Source of the DNA: a virus
Lineage: Duplodnaviria > Caudoviricetes
Direction: 5' to 3' (one strand)
DNA: 64,000 nt
Virus record (IMG/VR): IMGVR_UViG_3300020450_001133
Shown one piece after another: positions 1-10,055 of the stretch. The first letter of the stretch is position 1. Each line of letters starts with the position of its first letter. The notes beneath the pieces are model-generated. The model saw only the letters and a program-made list of their open reading frames with translations, searched no databases and was not told the origin of the DNA. The position numbers and the translations under genes were made by a program.

Positions 1-238
1 ATTGTCTAAGAGTGGTTAAGATTTGATTTGCTGTTTCTGGTAATACTATATGTTCAATAATTACAGATTTAGTTGTGCCATCAACAATACTGTAAATACC
101 GTTTTTGTCTCTTGATTTAAAAAATATACCTTTCTTAGAAACATTCGCAACACTAGACTCTAACTTTTTTGCTAGTTCTTGCTGTTTCTTTTTAGATAAT
201 TTCTTTTTGCGGGTATGCTTTGTATTTCGGTTGACCAT
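1..238 (-). CDS. hypothetical protein, partial (runs off window start)
   Basis: Manually read ORF from ATG at 238 (MVNRNTKHTRKKKLSKKKQQELAKKLESSVANV...) open to position 1; not in the ORF track. Confidence 0.6.
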   Translation of the reverse strand, partial: MVNRNTKHTRKKKLSKKKQQELAKKLESSVANVSKKGIFFKSRDKNGIYSIVDGTTKSVIIEHIVLPETANQILTTLRQ

Positions 239-410
239 TATCATTAATTCTGAGAACTAATCCTCTCTTTCTCAATTCCTTTGCTGTGTGTACTTCATTT
301 TCTGTAAGTTCATACTCATATATACCTTTTTCGCTACGCAACTTGTCAAAGAAGTGAAACTCTTTACTGCTAACGAATGTGGAACCATGTTTATTTTTTA
401 GAACTTTCAT
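192..410 (-). CDS. hypothetical protein, 72 aa (small winged-helix-like: ELRKRGLVLR)
   Basis: ORF track; ATGA overlap with upstream ORF. Confidence 0.65.
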   Translation of the reverse strand: MKVLKNKHGSTFVSSKEFHFFDKLRSEKGIYEYELTENEVHTAKELRKRGLVLRINDNGQPKYKAYPQKEII

Positions 411-604
411 CGTTTTATTATAGAACTCTTTAATTTCTTTTTAGGACCTGGCTTCTTGTGTGCATGTTTTGTCTTTTTAGGCTTTTTAGGTCTTTGGACA
501 ACACGTTGTACATCATTTGCAATTGGTTTTACAACTGTGGCAACTGCACCTGCACTCATGCCTCCTACTGATGCTGTCTCTTGAATTATTTCATGTATCT
601 TCAT
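407..604 (-). CDS. small basic late protein, putative internal head protein (65 aa)
   Basis: Start moved to ATG 604 (MKIHEIIQE), 5 nt after late promoter GATAAATA; TASVGGMSAGAVATV motif; Lys-rich tail. Confidence 0.7.
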   Translation of the reverse strand: MKIHEIIQETASVGGMSAGAVATVVKPIANDVQRVVQRPKKPKKTKHAHKKPGPKKKLKSSIIKR

Positions 605-609
605 GCTAG

Positions 610-617
610 TATTTATC
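610..617 (-). promoter_or_regulatory. T4-type late promoter (GATAAATA), leaderless spacing
   Basis: GATAAATA-ctagc-ATG(604). Confidence 0.7.
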
Positions 618-2520
618 CTTTTTTCTTGCCGGCTTTCATATTTGCACACCAGTGATACATTTTTCCTTTCTCACCACTGTACTTTTTTGCTTTTGCACGA
701 AGACTACTCACTGAGCCTTTACAACTAGCACCTGCTTTTTTTACTCTACCAGGTCTGCTTTTGCCTTTCTTTTTACCGTCAGCAAAGTTTTCATCTACAA
801 TCTCTGCTGGTATTACATCTCTGCCAACACGTTTTGCTTGATACACTCTGTGAAAGCCATCAAGTATTGTTTTGCCATCTTTGTCTATCAGTATCGGGTC
901 GTCTAAATCAACACCTACATCTGGATCAGTATCTATTACTCTGCCAAAACGGTCATCAATTGCTTCGTCATCTAAGTCTGCTACTTTAACTTTAATTAAT
1001 TTTGTCTTTTTGTCTTTAACATAATCTTTTACAGCAGGATTTAGATTTCTTTCATTAACATTCTTATAAACACTATACAACACAGGATTATTACCACAAC
1101 CAAGTTCATCGTTTGCTACACCTCTTATAAGTGCTTTTTGTCCTTGTCTGCTATCAAAGTCTCTATAAACATCTGCATAAACATCATCTATAGAATTATC
1201 GTCATGCCCATCATTACATTCATCTGTAAATCCTTCGTAGTGTACTATGTAATCTCCAACAGTATCTCTACCTACATCTGTGGGTACTAATTTATTTACA
1301 AACTCATCTACTTCTTTTGGTAAAGGCTTTTTATATCTATCTGGATCAAATACAGAACCTTTTGAATGTGCTAATGGATTGTATTCTGCTTTTTTATCAT
1401 GTGCTTTTTTATATTCTTTAGCACCTTGTTTTAAATCATCAAGTGCTTTTTTTAAAACACTTTTCATATCTTCTGTAACTCTTTTCTTTTTAGGCTTTTT
1501 TCTGCATTTCCAAACTTTGTCTGTGCTACAAAAATACTTACCATGTTTACAATTACTAGCATCTTCTGATGTGAGCATTGTTGTAAGTTTATTTTGCAAA
1601 CTGTCCATTACTGCTTGGTCACTAACTTTATGTGAAAAATGTTTCATTAATTCTTCAATGTCAGCATCTACAATAATTGCTTTTACTTTATCTATGCCTA
1701 ATATGTTTGCGGCATCAAATCTATGATGACCATTTACAAGATATCCTTTTTTATCTATTATAAAAGGTCTGTAATCTCCATCAAAGAACATGTTCTCTGC
1801 TCTTTTACTTAATCCATCTACTCTTTGACTTTGTACAGGTTTAATTTTGTCTAATGTAATAGTGCCTTGTTTAAAACTAAATGGTGAATCTTTAATGTCT
1901 CTTTTTCTTATTTGGGGTAATTGATTTCTATTAAAGTGCTTGTCGCTAACATGTCTTTCATATTCTTCTTCTATACCTTGTCTTAGTCTAATAACACCAC
2001 AACCTAATCTATCTCCAGCATTACCTGTTTTAAGACTTTCTTCATCTCCGCCTTTACCTAAATCATCTCTGCCGGCGTGTACAACAACTGCTCTACCAAC
2101 TACACTTCTATCACCACTTAAATCTACACGTCTGGCAACAATTTTAAATCTTGCTTCACCTTGTTCATTTGCTGTGACATTACCTAAATCTCCAACATGC
2201 CCACCATCTATGTCACCATGGTCAACTCCGTCTGGATTATAATGACCACCTGCACTAGCACAGCCATCACTTAAATCGCCAAATTCGTGTATGTGGAATC
2301 CATGTTCGCCTGGCTCTAATCCTTTTATAAGTCCTCTAATTATTGTAGGCTTGCCTGGTTCTTGTTTCATTTTAATGATGCCTTGCACATCACCTTCTGT
2401 ATGCTCAAAATTTACAAGTGCTTTTATAGTTTCTTCTGCTTCATTAAATGTATGCAAAGATTCACATTGGCATTGTGTTTCTCTAGTTCTAGGACATTTG
2501 TTTAAATCATTTGCCCTCAT
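613..2520 (-). CDS. sodC: Cu/Zn superoxide dismutase fused to two ParB/sulfiredoxin-like domains and basic Cys/His modules (635 aa)
   Basis: All SOD1 ligands present: H76,H78,H93,H101,H108,D111,H148, R171, C87/C174 (FHIHEFGD...GGHYNP...GHVGDLGN...VVVH...TGNAGDRLGCGVI); ParB-like NGHHR (aa ~263) and DGFHR (aa ~554). Confidence 0.9.
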   Translation of the reverse strand: MRANDLNKCPRTRETQCQCESLHTFNEAEETIKALVNFEHTEGDVQGIIKMKQEPGKPTIIRGLIKGLEPGEHGFHIHEFGDLSDGCASAGGHYNPDGVDHGDIDGGHVGDLGNVTANEQGEARFKIVARRVDLSGDRSVVGRAVVVHAGRDDLGKGGDEESLKTGNAGDRLGCGVIRLRQGIEEEYERHVSDKHFNRNQLPQIRKRDIKDSPFSFKQGTITLDKIKPVQSQRVDGLSKRAENMFFDGDYRPFIIDKKGYLVNGHHRFDAANILGIDKVKAIIVDADIEELMKHFSHKVSDQAVMDSLQNKLTTMLTSEDASNCKHGKYFCSTDKVWKCRKKPKKKRVTEDMKSVLKKALDDLKQGAKEYKKAHDKKAEYNPLAHSKGSVFDPDRYKKPLPKEVDEFVNKLVPTDVGRDTVGDYIVHYEGFTDECNDGHDDNSIDDVYADVYRDFDSRQGQKALIRGVANDELGCGNNPVLYSVYKNVNERNLNPAVKDYVKDKKTKLIKVKVADLDDEAIDDRFGRVIDTDPDVGVDLDDPILIDKDGKTILDGFHRVYQAKRVGRDVIPAEIVDENFADGKKKGKSRPGRVKKAGASCKGSVSSLRAKAKKYSGEKGKMYHWCANMKAGKKKG

Positions 2521-5500
2521 TATACTGTTCCTTTCTTAAGACTTAATTGTGCCCATTGTTCTCTACCAGCACCAGCCTGTGTAGGTATAATACTAATAGA
2601 GGTAGCCATTGCATGTCCACTACGTCTAAATGCAATTAAGTCATTTTCATTTTTAATCATTGCAGTTTTTTGGTTAGGAATACTAATTAAAAGTAAAGCA
2701 TCAAAATCATCTCTGTCTTTATACCATAAGAAGTTTTGTCTTAGATATGCATTTTCAATATTTTCTGCACTTGCATCTTTGGCTATTACATCACATATAG
2801 GAAGTGCAAATTCTTCCATATCCATTCTAAATAAATCTTCTGCAATTTGTCTTCTTAATTTTTGATTGTTAGGATCTGTTGGAGGTAAATCTGCATTAAG
2901 TCCATTAATAAATTTTGTAAATCCTAAACTTCCGCCTACACCACCAATTGCACCCATAACTGTTGGAATTCTTTCTGCATACTTTTCTATTACTGCCTGT
3001 TTAGCCTTTTGGCTTCCGCCACCGTAACCTATTCTTCCACCAGTGCTACTTGTAGCCGCTTTTAGTTCTACTTTACCTATGCCTTCTATTTCTAAGTCAC
3101 CTTCACCAGATGCAAGTTTTATTTTATTACTTAAACATGCTAGTCCGTATTCTCCAGGTCCTTTTTGATTAACACCAACACCATATGACGTTAATGCTCT
3201 AAAGGCTTTTGTGCTAATATCGTCACCAAATACATTTGCAAATGTGTTTAGTGGTTTGTCTAATTCTCCTATATTAACAACTGTTCCTGTTTTTTCTAAT
3301 CTTTCTATAAACTGACTCATTGTTGCATAGTCACTATCAAGTGTACTGATAATTCTAGTAATGTCTTGTATTACTTTTTCTTTTTGTTTATCTGAAAAAG
3401 GTTCGTCCATTAATGGATAACTAAATGCTTTGTCTAATGTTTTTCCTATATCTTCGCTGTTTAATAATTTATATATTCTATCTAATAGGTCTGCATGTTC
3501 TTCATTTGTAGCATCTAAACCACTAATAGTTTTTATGATGTTGTCTTTTTCAGCACCAATATCTTTATATTCTTTAAGCAGTTTAGCAACATGTTGTTTG
3601 CTCCACTCATTTAAATCTATTTTTTCTTTCATGTGGTCTGGTAGTGCATTTACAAAATGTCTTACAATACCTCTAGCACATGCATCTTTACCGCCTTGTG
3701 CTGTTAATTCTCTAAATGCGTTTAACATTTCAGGCATAGGTATAGCCTGGAATGCCAACATTTGTTTTTTAAGGTCGCCTACAGGAAAATGGTCTGCTAA
3801 TATTTTGTTTATAATTTCTATTCTATCAAAGTCATTTGTAGATTCATCTAAACCTTCTTTAGCCATTTTGGTTGCTGTTGCATACATAACTGCTTTGGCA
3901 TCTTTGCCATAACGTTTCTCAAAATCGCCTTTGGACTTTTTCATGCCTTTAACATACTTTTCTTTATCGCTCTTTTCACCTTTTGTCAAAGGTCTTTCAT
4001 TCATCTTTTCAGTTTTCTTTTTCATTTGATTAATGAATGTTCTATATACAGCCGCGGCTGATTTTTTACCTGCCGCTTTGGCACGTTGTTCCATAGCAAC
4101 TGCCGCCTGTATTTTGTGAGCATGTTTTTTACCTGAACTTCTTATCTTACTAACACTAGCCTTTGCGTCTTTCACAGTAGCAAATTTTAATCCTTTAATA
4201 GTGCCTTTGGGATTTTCATCTGTGTACAAGTCACTATGTTTTTTACTTCCTGCTGGTTGTCCTTTTTTACGTGGTATTCTTTTGCCTTCATTTTTCTTTT
4301 TGCCTGCACAATGAGCCTTTTGACTAAAGCCTTTTGGATTACTGCAATTTATACTGTCTTTGTATTTCTTACTCCACTTTTCTAATACTGTGGATTCATT
4401 TATAATAAGCAACTGTTCTTCTAAAGGTAATTTATCGAACCTGTCAAACACACTTTCATTCTGAGCTAGGTATTGTCTACCTTTGGCTAATGCATCTTGG
4501 AAAGTTCTTGGCAGTTGACTATTTGCTTCTTCTTTGTCTATTAATAGTTTTCTCATGACAGCCTTTTTGAAATCTTCGTCATTTCTTGGATTTTTTAAGA
4601 ATCCAACTAAATCGCTTACTTCTGGTCTCAAAATATGATATCCTATGCCATCTTGCATCATAGTATTAAATTCTATATACTTTTCACGCATATCTGCATA
4701 ATCTTGTTCAGTTACTTCGTCAGTTGAAAGATATGTGATACCTACACCATCTGCTTCGTCGTCTGCTCTTCCTCTTCTACTTGGTGGTGGAGCAGAACCT
4801 GAATCACCGTAAATAGAACCTACATCATCTCCAGGACTGCCGTCAGGATTTTTTCTAAAGTAGTTGCCAGCACTTACCATGTAATTCATTTTTATATATT
4901 CTGCGGCGGCTTTTACACTTGCTACCCATCTTTCCATACCAACAACATTTGGTTCTGGTTCTGGTCTCCATTCATGATTACCATCAAAGTTTCTAGCAAC
5001 TTTTTCTAATATGTTTGGACCTTGATTGTCTACACCTCTTTCTATTTTAAAGAAGTCTGCTAAGTTGGTCCAATTTACTGCATCTTGAATAGTGTTAGAT
5101 GCATCGCCTTGCATGTGTTCGACGCCACCTGCATCAATAATTCTTTTATTATCTATTACCCTTATGCCTTTGGGTGTTTGTTCCATTACAGTTTGAATTG
5201 CTTTGTAAAAACCCATGCCTTTGTTTATGACTAAATCATTAACTTTATTTTTAATTTTGTCTGCATCTTTACCGTGATATTTTACCCAATCATATGCCGA
5301 AGAAAGTTTATCATCGTTTTGTATTGTCCAACTGGCGGCACTACTTCTGTTTAAAGGCTCACCTGAATATTTATTTTTTAGTTCTTCGGTAGGTATAAGT
5401 TCTTCAACATCTCCCATACCTGCTCTGCCATCTAACTTTCCAGTAAATTCAATCCTAAATGATTTTGATATTTTTCTTCTATCCTCTCCATCTAATGATA

Positions 5501-8500
5501 CATATTTGTCTGGGTTGTTTAAAGTTTTAAAATCTATTCCATACACAGAAGCAAACTTTTCAAACAACTTACCATAGTTTACTGCTCTCCAGTTTTGACT
5601 CATATTGCCAACTTTTTGATAAATTTGTAATAATTCACTTCCACTCACAGCATCTTCTAATGGTCCCCAATGAGCCGAAGGAACAACAAAAAACATGCCA
5701 GGTCTAGAACCTTTGTTTACCTTTGTTGCACCATCCACAACATCTTGCAACAATGTACGATTAGGCATCATAGGTGCACCTGAATCATCTTTTTGGTCTC
5801 CGTACTCATCTATCCATTCCATTATATTATCATAATCTGATTTTCTCATGTATGTAAAAGAATGTCCAGGTATGTTTATGGTAGCATACGAACTGTTACG
5901 AATTGTTTTCTTAAAGTTATCTCTGTCTTTGGTCAGTTGTTGCTTACGTTTAATTGAACTGTCTTGACTTGCAAATCCATTATCAACAAATATTTTATCT
6001 ATGCCTCTCATAAAGTCACTTAGACCTTTGAATCTGGATTTCAAAAGATTTTTTATTTCTTTAAATTTATAATAAGCCGGATAACGTTCTTTGTTTCTAT
6101 AATATGCACCTAAACATTCTCTAACTGTATCAGTAACAAAATCTTCTAGATTTGTAATTGTTCTTTTTGTTACATCACCTTGTACAATATCATCTAATAC
6201 ATTTTGAATGTTTTCATATTTGTAACTTCTAATACCAAGAAATGTTTGGTCATCTGTTTCCCCAAGCATATCCATAAAGTTTTCTTTGTCTTCATCTGAC
6301 ATGTTGGGTAAATCTTTTACTTCTTCTGGATCTATTCCAAATATATCTGCAAACTCAGTTCCTCCGTCTTCTGATTTATTTGTTTCATAAAATTTTTCAA
6401 TCAAAGGTACCATTAATTTTAGACTTTCTGTTGTTTTTGATTGGTCTGTGGCAAATTGTTGCTCAAGAAAATCAAATCTTCTTCTCAACAACATTGTATA
6501 TTTGCTTAATGCAACATCTTCATAACTGTCATCATCATATATGTTTGGATTGTGATTTCTATTTACAGGTTCACTGTAAGATTCAAACTGTTTTACAAAT
6601 TTTATAAAATTATTAAAACCTTCTTTGTTATAAATCATTCCTGGTTGTACAAAGAAAGGTCTGCTGTTGTATCCTTCAGTTGTTAAGTGATTATAAAAAT
6701 CATTAAACTGTCTCTTGCTACTTGCATCTTTGAAAAGATTTTTCATATTCTCTATGATTTCTTTCATATCGGCTTTTGAATCTTTGCCTGTGCGAACATC
6801 TATACCAAGTGTTGTAAGTTCTTTAAGTACAGTAGGATTAAAATCTTTATTGTTCATTACATTCCACATGCCTTTGACTGCAGATTCAACTTCAGGTGCA
6901 GAGATAAAGTCTGGTCTTGAAATTACTTCTCTTTGCAACATTTTGTTCAAACCTTCTCTCACCATTTCAATTCTGTTTTGAATTGTGAGATTTGCATCCA
7001 TTTGTAAATCATCTAACACTAATTTAATATTGTTGTCTAATTCTTTATCAGAGATACTTTCTTTTTTCATAAAGGTTCTTAAAGCACCGATACTTTTTGC
7101 ATTTGGTTGTTGTCTTGCAGTTCCTTTAGCAACATCTACAGCAACCATTCCAAGTGCTTCACTAAATTCTTTTACAGCCTCTCTTCTCATAGCACCAGCC
7201 TCTTTACTGGGCTGAGACGTTGATGGTTGGAAGTATGCTTTAATTGACCTACCGCTTCTTGCTCGATTTACTTTATCGATAATATCATCTTCTTCTTTGA
7301 CTTTGCCTCTTTTGGAGTATTTAATGCTGTTTAATGCTCTTTTTAAAGAACTATCATAATCATCTAAACTAGCATTTGTGTTTTCAATGAATTCCATCCA
7401 TTGTTTTTTCCATTTGATGTCTGCTTTAGGTTCTAATGATTGTCTAGCCTGTTTTAATTTTTCCATTGAATGTAGCATTTTTCTAGAAAAGTCTAAATAT
7501 TTTTTAGAACTAATCATTGCTTTTGTTATATCCAATATTGGATCGCTGGCAACATCTTCAAATTGGCCTTTGAGTTCATCTACTTCTTCTACATCACCTT
7601 GTGCAACGTCATTTGCTTTACGCAATAGTTTGGACAATGCTTTTACATAATCGCCTTCATATTGGTCTGTATGCCCAGCAATCATTGTGGTGGCATATCT
7701 TACTACTGCTTTGAATACTTTGTCGAAGTCTGTTTCGTAATCTTCTCCACCACCTATTCTAAACTCTATTAGATCCGTCATAGTTTTTCTATCCATTTGA
7801 CCTTTAAAATGTATTGCACGGAATTTGTCATCACTGATAGCCTTATCTAAGAATGCTTCTGCTTTTTTGATACCTTCAGTACCTGATTCTTGTTTAAGGT
7901 CACCAATTGCATTTTGTAATTCTTTGTATTGACTTTTGGTGTAAGTGTTACTGCCTCTTAAAAATTCATTTAATAAGTATTGGTCTCCTAACAACACAGC
8001 CATTTTAACTCTGTTCACTCCATTTTTACCAAGCCATTCATTGGCTTCCTCACCTTGTGCATCGTAACTCATTGTGACATGCAATCCAGTACTGTTGTTT
8101 GTTGATGCTCCTTCGCTTTGCAGGAACTCAAAAAACTTTTTCATTTCTGCTAACATTCTTCTTGGAGTACTAAACACTGGTGATATAATTTCTGCACCTG
8201 TTCCATATCCGTCAATACTGCTGTCTGACTCTACCGCATATTGTATTGTACTGCCACTGGTGTTACCATAGTCGCCACTTTCCACATGATCATCTGAAAA
8301 AGCACTATTTTCTCTGACAAATTTTGAAACAAGTTCGGCAACTTCACCTAAGTTGTTTCCATAACTGTAATCTATGCCCATGTCATCACAGAATGAACTC
8401 ATGCTGTACCATTGGTCATTGATCCAATCGTCATAATCATAATTACTTTCTGCATCTTCGTATGCACTTTGTCTTACATCATCGTCGTCTGCGGCTTGTT

Positions 8501-9518
8501 CTCCCAACCAGTCTCTCAAATCACCTTCACGTTCCATTTCTACATATTCTCTTGCCCAATTTTCATCTTCGTATCCATATAATTCGGAAAGTTCATCTAT
8601 GTCTTCATCATCAACTCTTTCACCGTATTCGCTTCTTAGTACTTCTTCTCTATAATCAGCCCAATCACTTTCGCTGATACCTGCATCATCTATAAAGTCA
8701 TTGATAACATCTTCATCATCTATGCGATTGTTTACCCAATCATCTATAGCATCTTCCATATATTCTTCTACTTTGTATTCATATAGCCAATCTGTATAAC
8801 TTTCACTAATACTATCCCAATCAACTCCACCATATTGGTCATCTATTTCACTTAATGTTAGATTGTCAACATCATCAGTATCACCTTCTATGTTTTCCCA
8901 AATAGTTTCTGCCTCCCAACCACAACGTATTTGTGCATCAAGAGAACTGTTTACAACTTCTTTTCTATTAAAGTTTATTTCAAATAATTTTTGTTCTGAT
9001 TCTTTTAAACCAAGTTTGGCTAATCTTTTAATTTTTTTCCTGCTATCTTTGATGTGTGCTTTAACTTTGTTTGCTGATTTTTGAGATAGTTTTTTAACTT
9101 TTTCACTTTCTTCTAAATCAACAAATACATCATCTTTAGGATCTACAATCTTGTATTCTCCTTTAGGATCCTGCACAACTACTTTGTCTGGTTGTGGTCT
9201 GTCACCTAGTTTGCTTACTACTTTACCTGCAACTTCACCTTTGTCATCTTTGAATTCTGCATCTACATCTAGTTCACCTGCCTTTTTGGCAACTGGTTGA
9301 GGTGTTTCGGGTTGTTCTGGTTCTACTTTGAGTCCTGGACTTGTTGTAGGACTGCCTAAATCTTTTTTAGGAGTTGTTTTTTGAGTTGTTGGACTAGTCT
9401 TTTTGTTTGCTTTTGCACTAGCACCTGTTTGTTGTGCAGATGTTGGTGTACTGGCACCTGATGACATGCCATATTCCAGTAGTACACTTTCTAACGTTCT
9501 AACATCTTTTGCTTTCAT
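2520..9518 (-). CDS. giant modular protein (2332 aa): amidoligase-2 (COOH-NH2 ligase) domain, basic modules, C-terminal PD-(D/E)xK-like nuclease domain; putative virion internal protein
   Basis: GWEAE...SDSSID...AEIISP...TGLHVT...IEFRIGGG amidoligase motifs; GPGE...GDL...VELK nuclease-like motif near C-terminus; basic modules KWSKKYKDSINCSNPKGFSQKAHC and KRYGKDAKAVMYATATKMAK. Confidence 0.75.
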   Translation of the reverse strand: MKAKDVRTLESVLLEYGMSSGASTPTSAQQTGASAKANKKTSPTTQKTTPKKDLGSPTTSPGLKVEPEQPETPQPVAKKAGELDVDAEFKDDKGEVAGKVVSKLGDRPQPDKVVVQDPKGEYKIVDPKDDVFVDLEESEKVKKLSQKSANKVKAHIKDSRKKIKRLAKLGLKESEQKLFEINFNRKEVVNSSLDAQIRCGWEAETIWENIEGDTDDVDNLTLSEIDDQYGGVDWDSISESYTDWLYEYKVEEYMEDAIDDWVNNRIDDEDVINDFIDDAGISESDWADYREEVLRSEYGERVDDEDIDELSELYGYEDENWAREYVEMEREGDLRDWLGEQAADDDDVRQSAYEDAESNYDYDDWINDQWYSMSSFCDDMGIDYSYGNNLGEVAELVSKFVRENSAFSDDHVESGDYGNTSGSTIQYAVESDSSIDGYGTGAEIISPVFSTPRRMLAEMKKFFEFLQSEGASTNNSTGLHVTMSYDAQGEEANEWLGKNGVNRVKMAVLLGDQYLLNEFLRGSNTYTKSQYKELQNAIGDLKQESGTEGIKKAEAFLDKAISDDKFRAIHFKGQMDRKTMTDLIEFRIGGGEDYETDFDKVFKAVVRYATTMIAGHTDQYEGDYVKALSKLLRKANDVAQGDVEEVDELKGQFEDVASDPILDITKAMISSKKYLDFSRKMLHSMEKLKQARQSLEPKADIKWKKQWMEFIENTNASLDDYDSSLKRALNSIKYSKRGKVKEEDDIIDKVNRARSGRSIKAYFQPSTSQPSKEAGAMRREAVKEFSEALGMVAVDVAKGTARQQPNAKSIGALRTFMKKESISDKELDNNIKLVLDDLQMDANLTIQNRIEMVREGLNKMLQREVISRPDFISAPEVESAVKGMWNVMNNKDFNPTVLKELTTLGIDVRTGKDSKADMKEIIENMKNLFKDASSKRQFNDFYNHLTTEGYNSRPFFVQPGMIYNKEGFNNFIKFVKQFESYSEPVNRNHNPNIYDDDSYEDVALSKYTMLLRRRFDFLEQQFATDQSKTTESLKLMVPLIEKFYETNKSEDGGTEFADIFGIDPEEVKDLPNMSDEDKENFMDMLGETDDQTFLGIRSYKYENIQNVLDDIVQGDVTKRTITNLEDFVTDTVRECLGAYYRNKERYPAYYKFKEIKNLLKSRFKGLSDFMRGIDKIFVDNGFASQDSSIKRKQQLTKDRDNFKKTIRNSSYATINIPGHSFTYMRKSDYDNIMEWIDEYGDQKDDSGAPMMPNRTLLQDVVDGATKVNKGSRPGMFFVVPSAHWGPLEDAVSGSELLQIYQKVGNMSQNWRAVNYGKLFEKFASVYGIDFKTLNNPDKYVSLDGEDRRKISKSFRIEFTGKLDGRAGMGDVEELIPTEELKNKYSGEPLNRSSAASWTIQNDDKLSSAYDWVKYHGKDADKIKNKVNDLVINKGMGFYKAIQTVMEQTPKGIRVIDNKRIIDAGGVEHMQGDASNTIQDAVNWTNLADFFKIERGVDNQGPNILEKVARNFDGNHEWRPEPEPNVVGMERWVASVKAAAEYIKMNYMVSAGNYFRKNPDGSPGDDVGSIYGDSGSAPPPSRRGRADDEADGVGITYLSTDEVTEQDYADMREKYIEFNTMMQDGIGYHILRPEVSDLVGFLKNPRNDEDFKKAVMRKLLIDKEEANSQLPRTFQDALAKGRQYLAQNESVFDRFDKLPLEEQLLIINESTVLEKWSKKYKDSINCSNPKGFSQKAHCAGKKKNEGKRIPRKKGQPAGSKKHSDLYTDENPKGTIKGLKFATVKDAKASVSKIRSSGKKHAHKIQAAVAMEQRAKAAGKKSAAAVYRTFINQMKKKTEKMNERPLTKGEKSDKEKYVKGMKKSKGDFEKRYGKDAKAVMYATATKMAKEGLDESTNDFDRIEIINKILADHFPVGDLKKQMLAFQAIPMPEMLNAFRELTAQGGKDACARGIVRHFVNALPDHMKEKIDLNEWSKQHVAKLLKEYKDIGAEKDNIIKTISGLDATNEEHADLLDRIYKLLNSEDIGKTLDKAFSYPLMDEPFSDKQKEKVIQDITRIISTLDSDYATMSQFIERLEKTGTVVNIGELDKPLNTFANVFGDDISTKAFRALTSYGVGVNQKGPGEYGLACLSNKIKLASGEGDLEIEGIGKVELKAATSSTGGRIGYGGGSQKAKQAVIEKYAERIPTVMGAIGGVGGSLGFTKFINGLNADLPPTDPNNQKLRRQIAEDLFRMDMEEFALPICDVIAKDASAENIENAYLRQNFLWYKDRDDFDALLLISIPNQKTAMIKNENDLIAFRRSGHAMATSISIIPTQAGAGREQWAQLSLKKGTV

Positions 9519-9522
9519 ACGT

Positions 9523-9804
9523 TTATCTTCTATTAAGTTGTCTTAATCTTCTAGCCGCTGGATTCATTCTTTTAGTTCTTTGGCTAATTCTACTAAGACG
9601 TTTACCCATTCTGGCTTTAGTTCTTTTTAGTACCATACGTTTTTTCATATTAATAGGTGCAGTACATTGTGATGGTTTACTCACAACTCTACCTTTACGC
9701 CTACCGCTTGTACAACGAACAGCACGTTTAATTTTTTTACCCATTCTACGCCAGACCATTCTGGCTTCGGTAATTTGTTCTTCTGTTATATCACTAATTA
9801 ACAT
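9523..9804 (-). CDS. very basic 93-aa protein, putative DNA-binding internal head protein
   Basis: MLISDITEE N-terminus then Arg/Lys-rich body with two Cys. Confidence 0.7.
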   Translation of the reverse strand: MLISDITEEQITEARMVWRRMGKKIKRAVRCTSGRRKGRVVSKPSQCTAPINMKKRMVLKRTKARMGKRLSRISQRTKRMNPAARRLRQLNRR

Positions 9805-9805
9805 T

Positions 9806-10054
9806 TTATCCCATCATGTTTACTAATAAACCAACAACCAGTGCAATCAAAGTAGTAAAACTTGTTCCTACAATAGCAATAAGCCAATTTTCCATTTTGT
9901 CTAAACGTCTTTTTGTATCATCTTTGAATTCACGTAATTCAGTAGTAATACTTTCAATACGCAACATGTCAGCAATTATGTGTGCTTCTAAATTATTAGA
10001 TTCTGCATACACCTGCTTTTCAACTGGTTTCTTTTCTGGTTCAGGTTTCTTCAT
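9806..10054 (-). CDS. small coiled-coil protein with C-terminal transmembrane helix (holin/XhlA-like architecture, function unknown)
   Basis: Coiled coil (ITTELREFKDDTKRRLDKMEN) followed by WLIAIVGTSFTTLIALVVGLLV. Confidence 0.55.
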   Translation of the reverse strand: MKKPEPEKKPVEKQVYAESNNLEAHIIADMLRIESITTELREFKDDTKRRLDKMENWLIAIVGTSFTTLIALVVGLLVNMMG

Positions 10055-10055
10055 C

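Noticed and set aside
613-2520. Eukaryotic/giant-virus origin of the contig suggested by SOD1-like sequence
   Set aside because: Sheath, tube, gp17, gp32, UvsX/Y/W, sigma70 promoters, SD sites and T4 late promoters all indicate a bacteriophage.
1280-9826. Plus-strand ORFs (1280, 1940, 2291, 3430, 6380-8863, 9509 etc.)
   Set aside because: Fully antisense to long, motif-bearing minus-strand genes; hydrophobic Ser/Phe/Leu composition typical of shadow frames. The same applies to the similar short antisense ORFs throughout the window.
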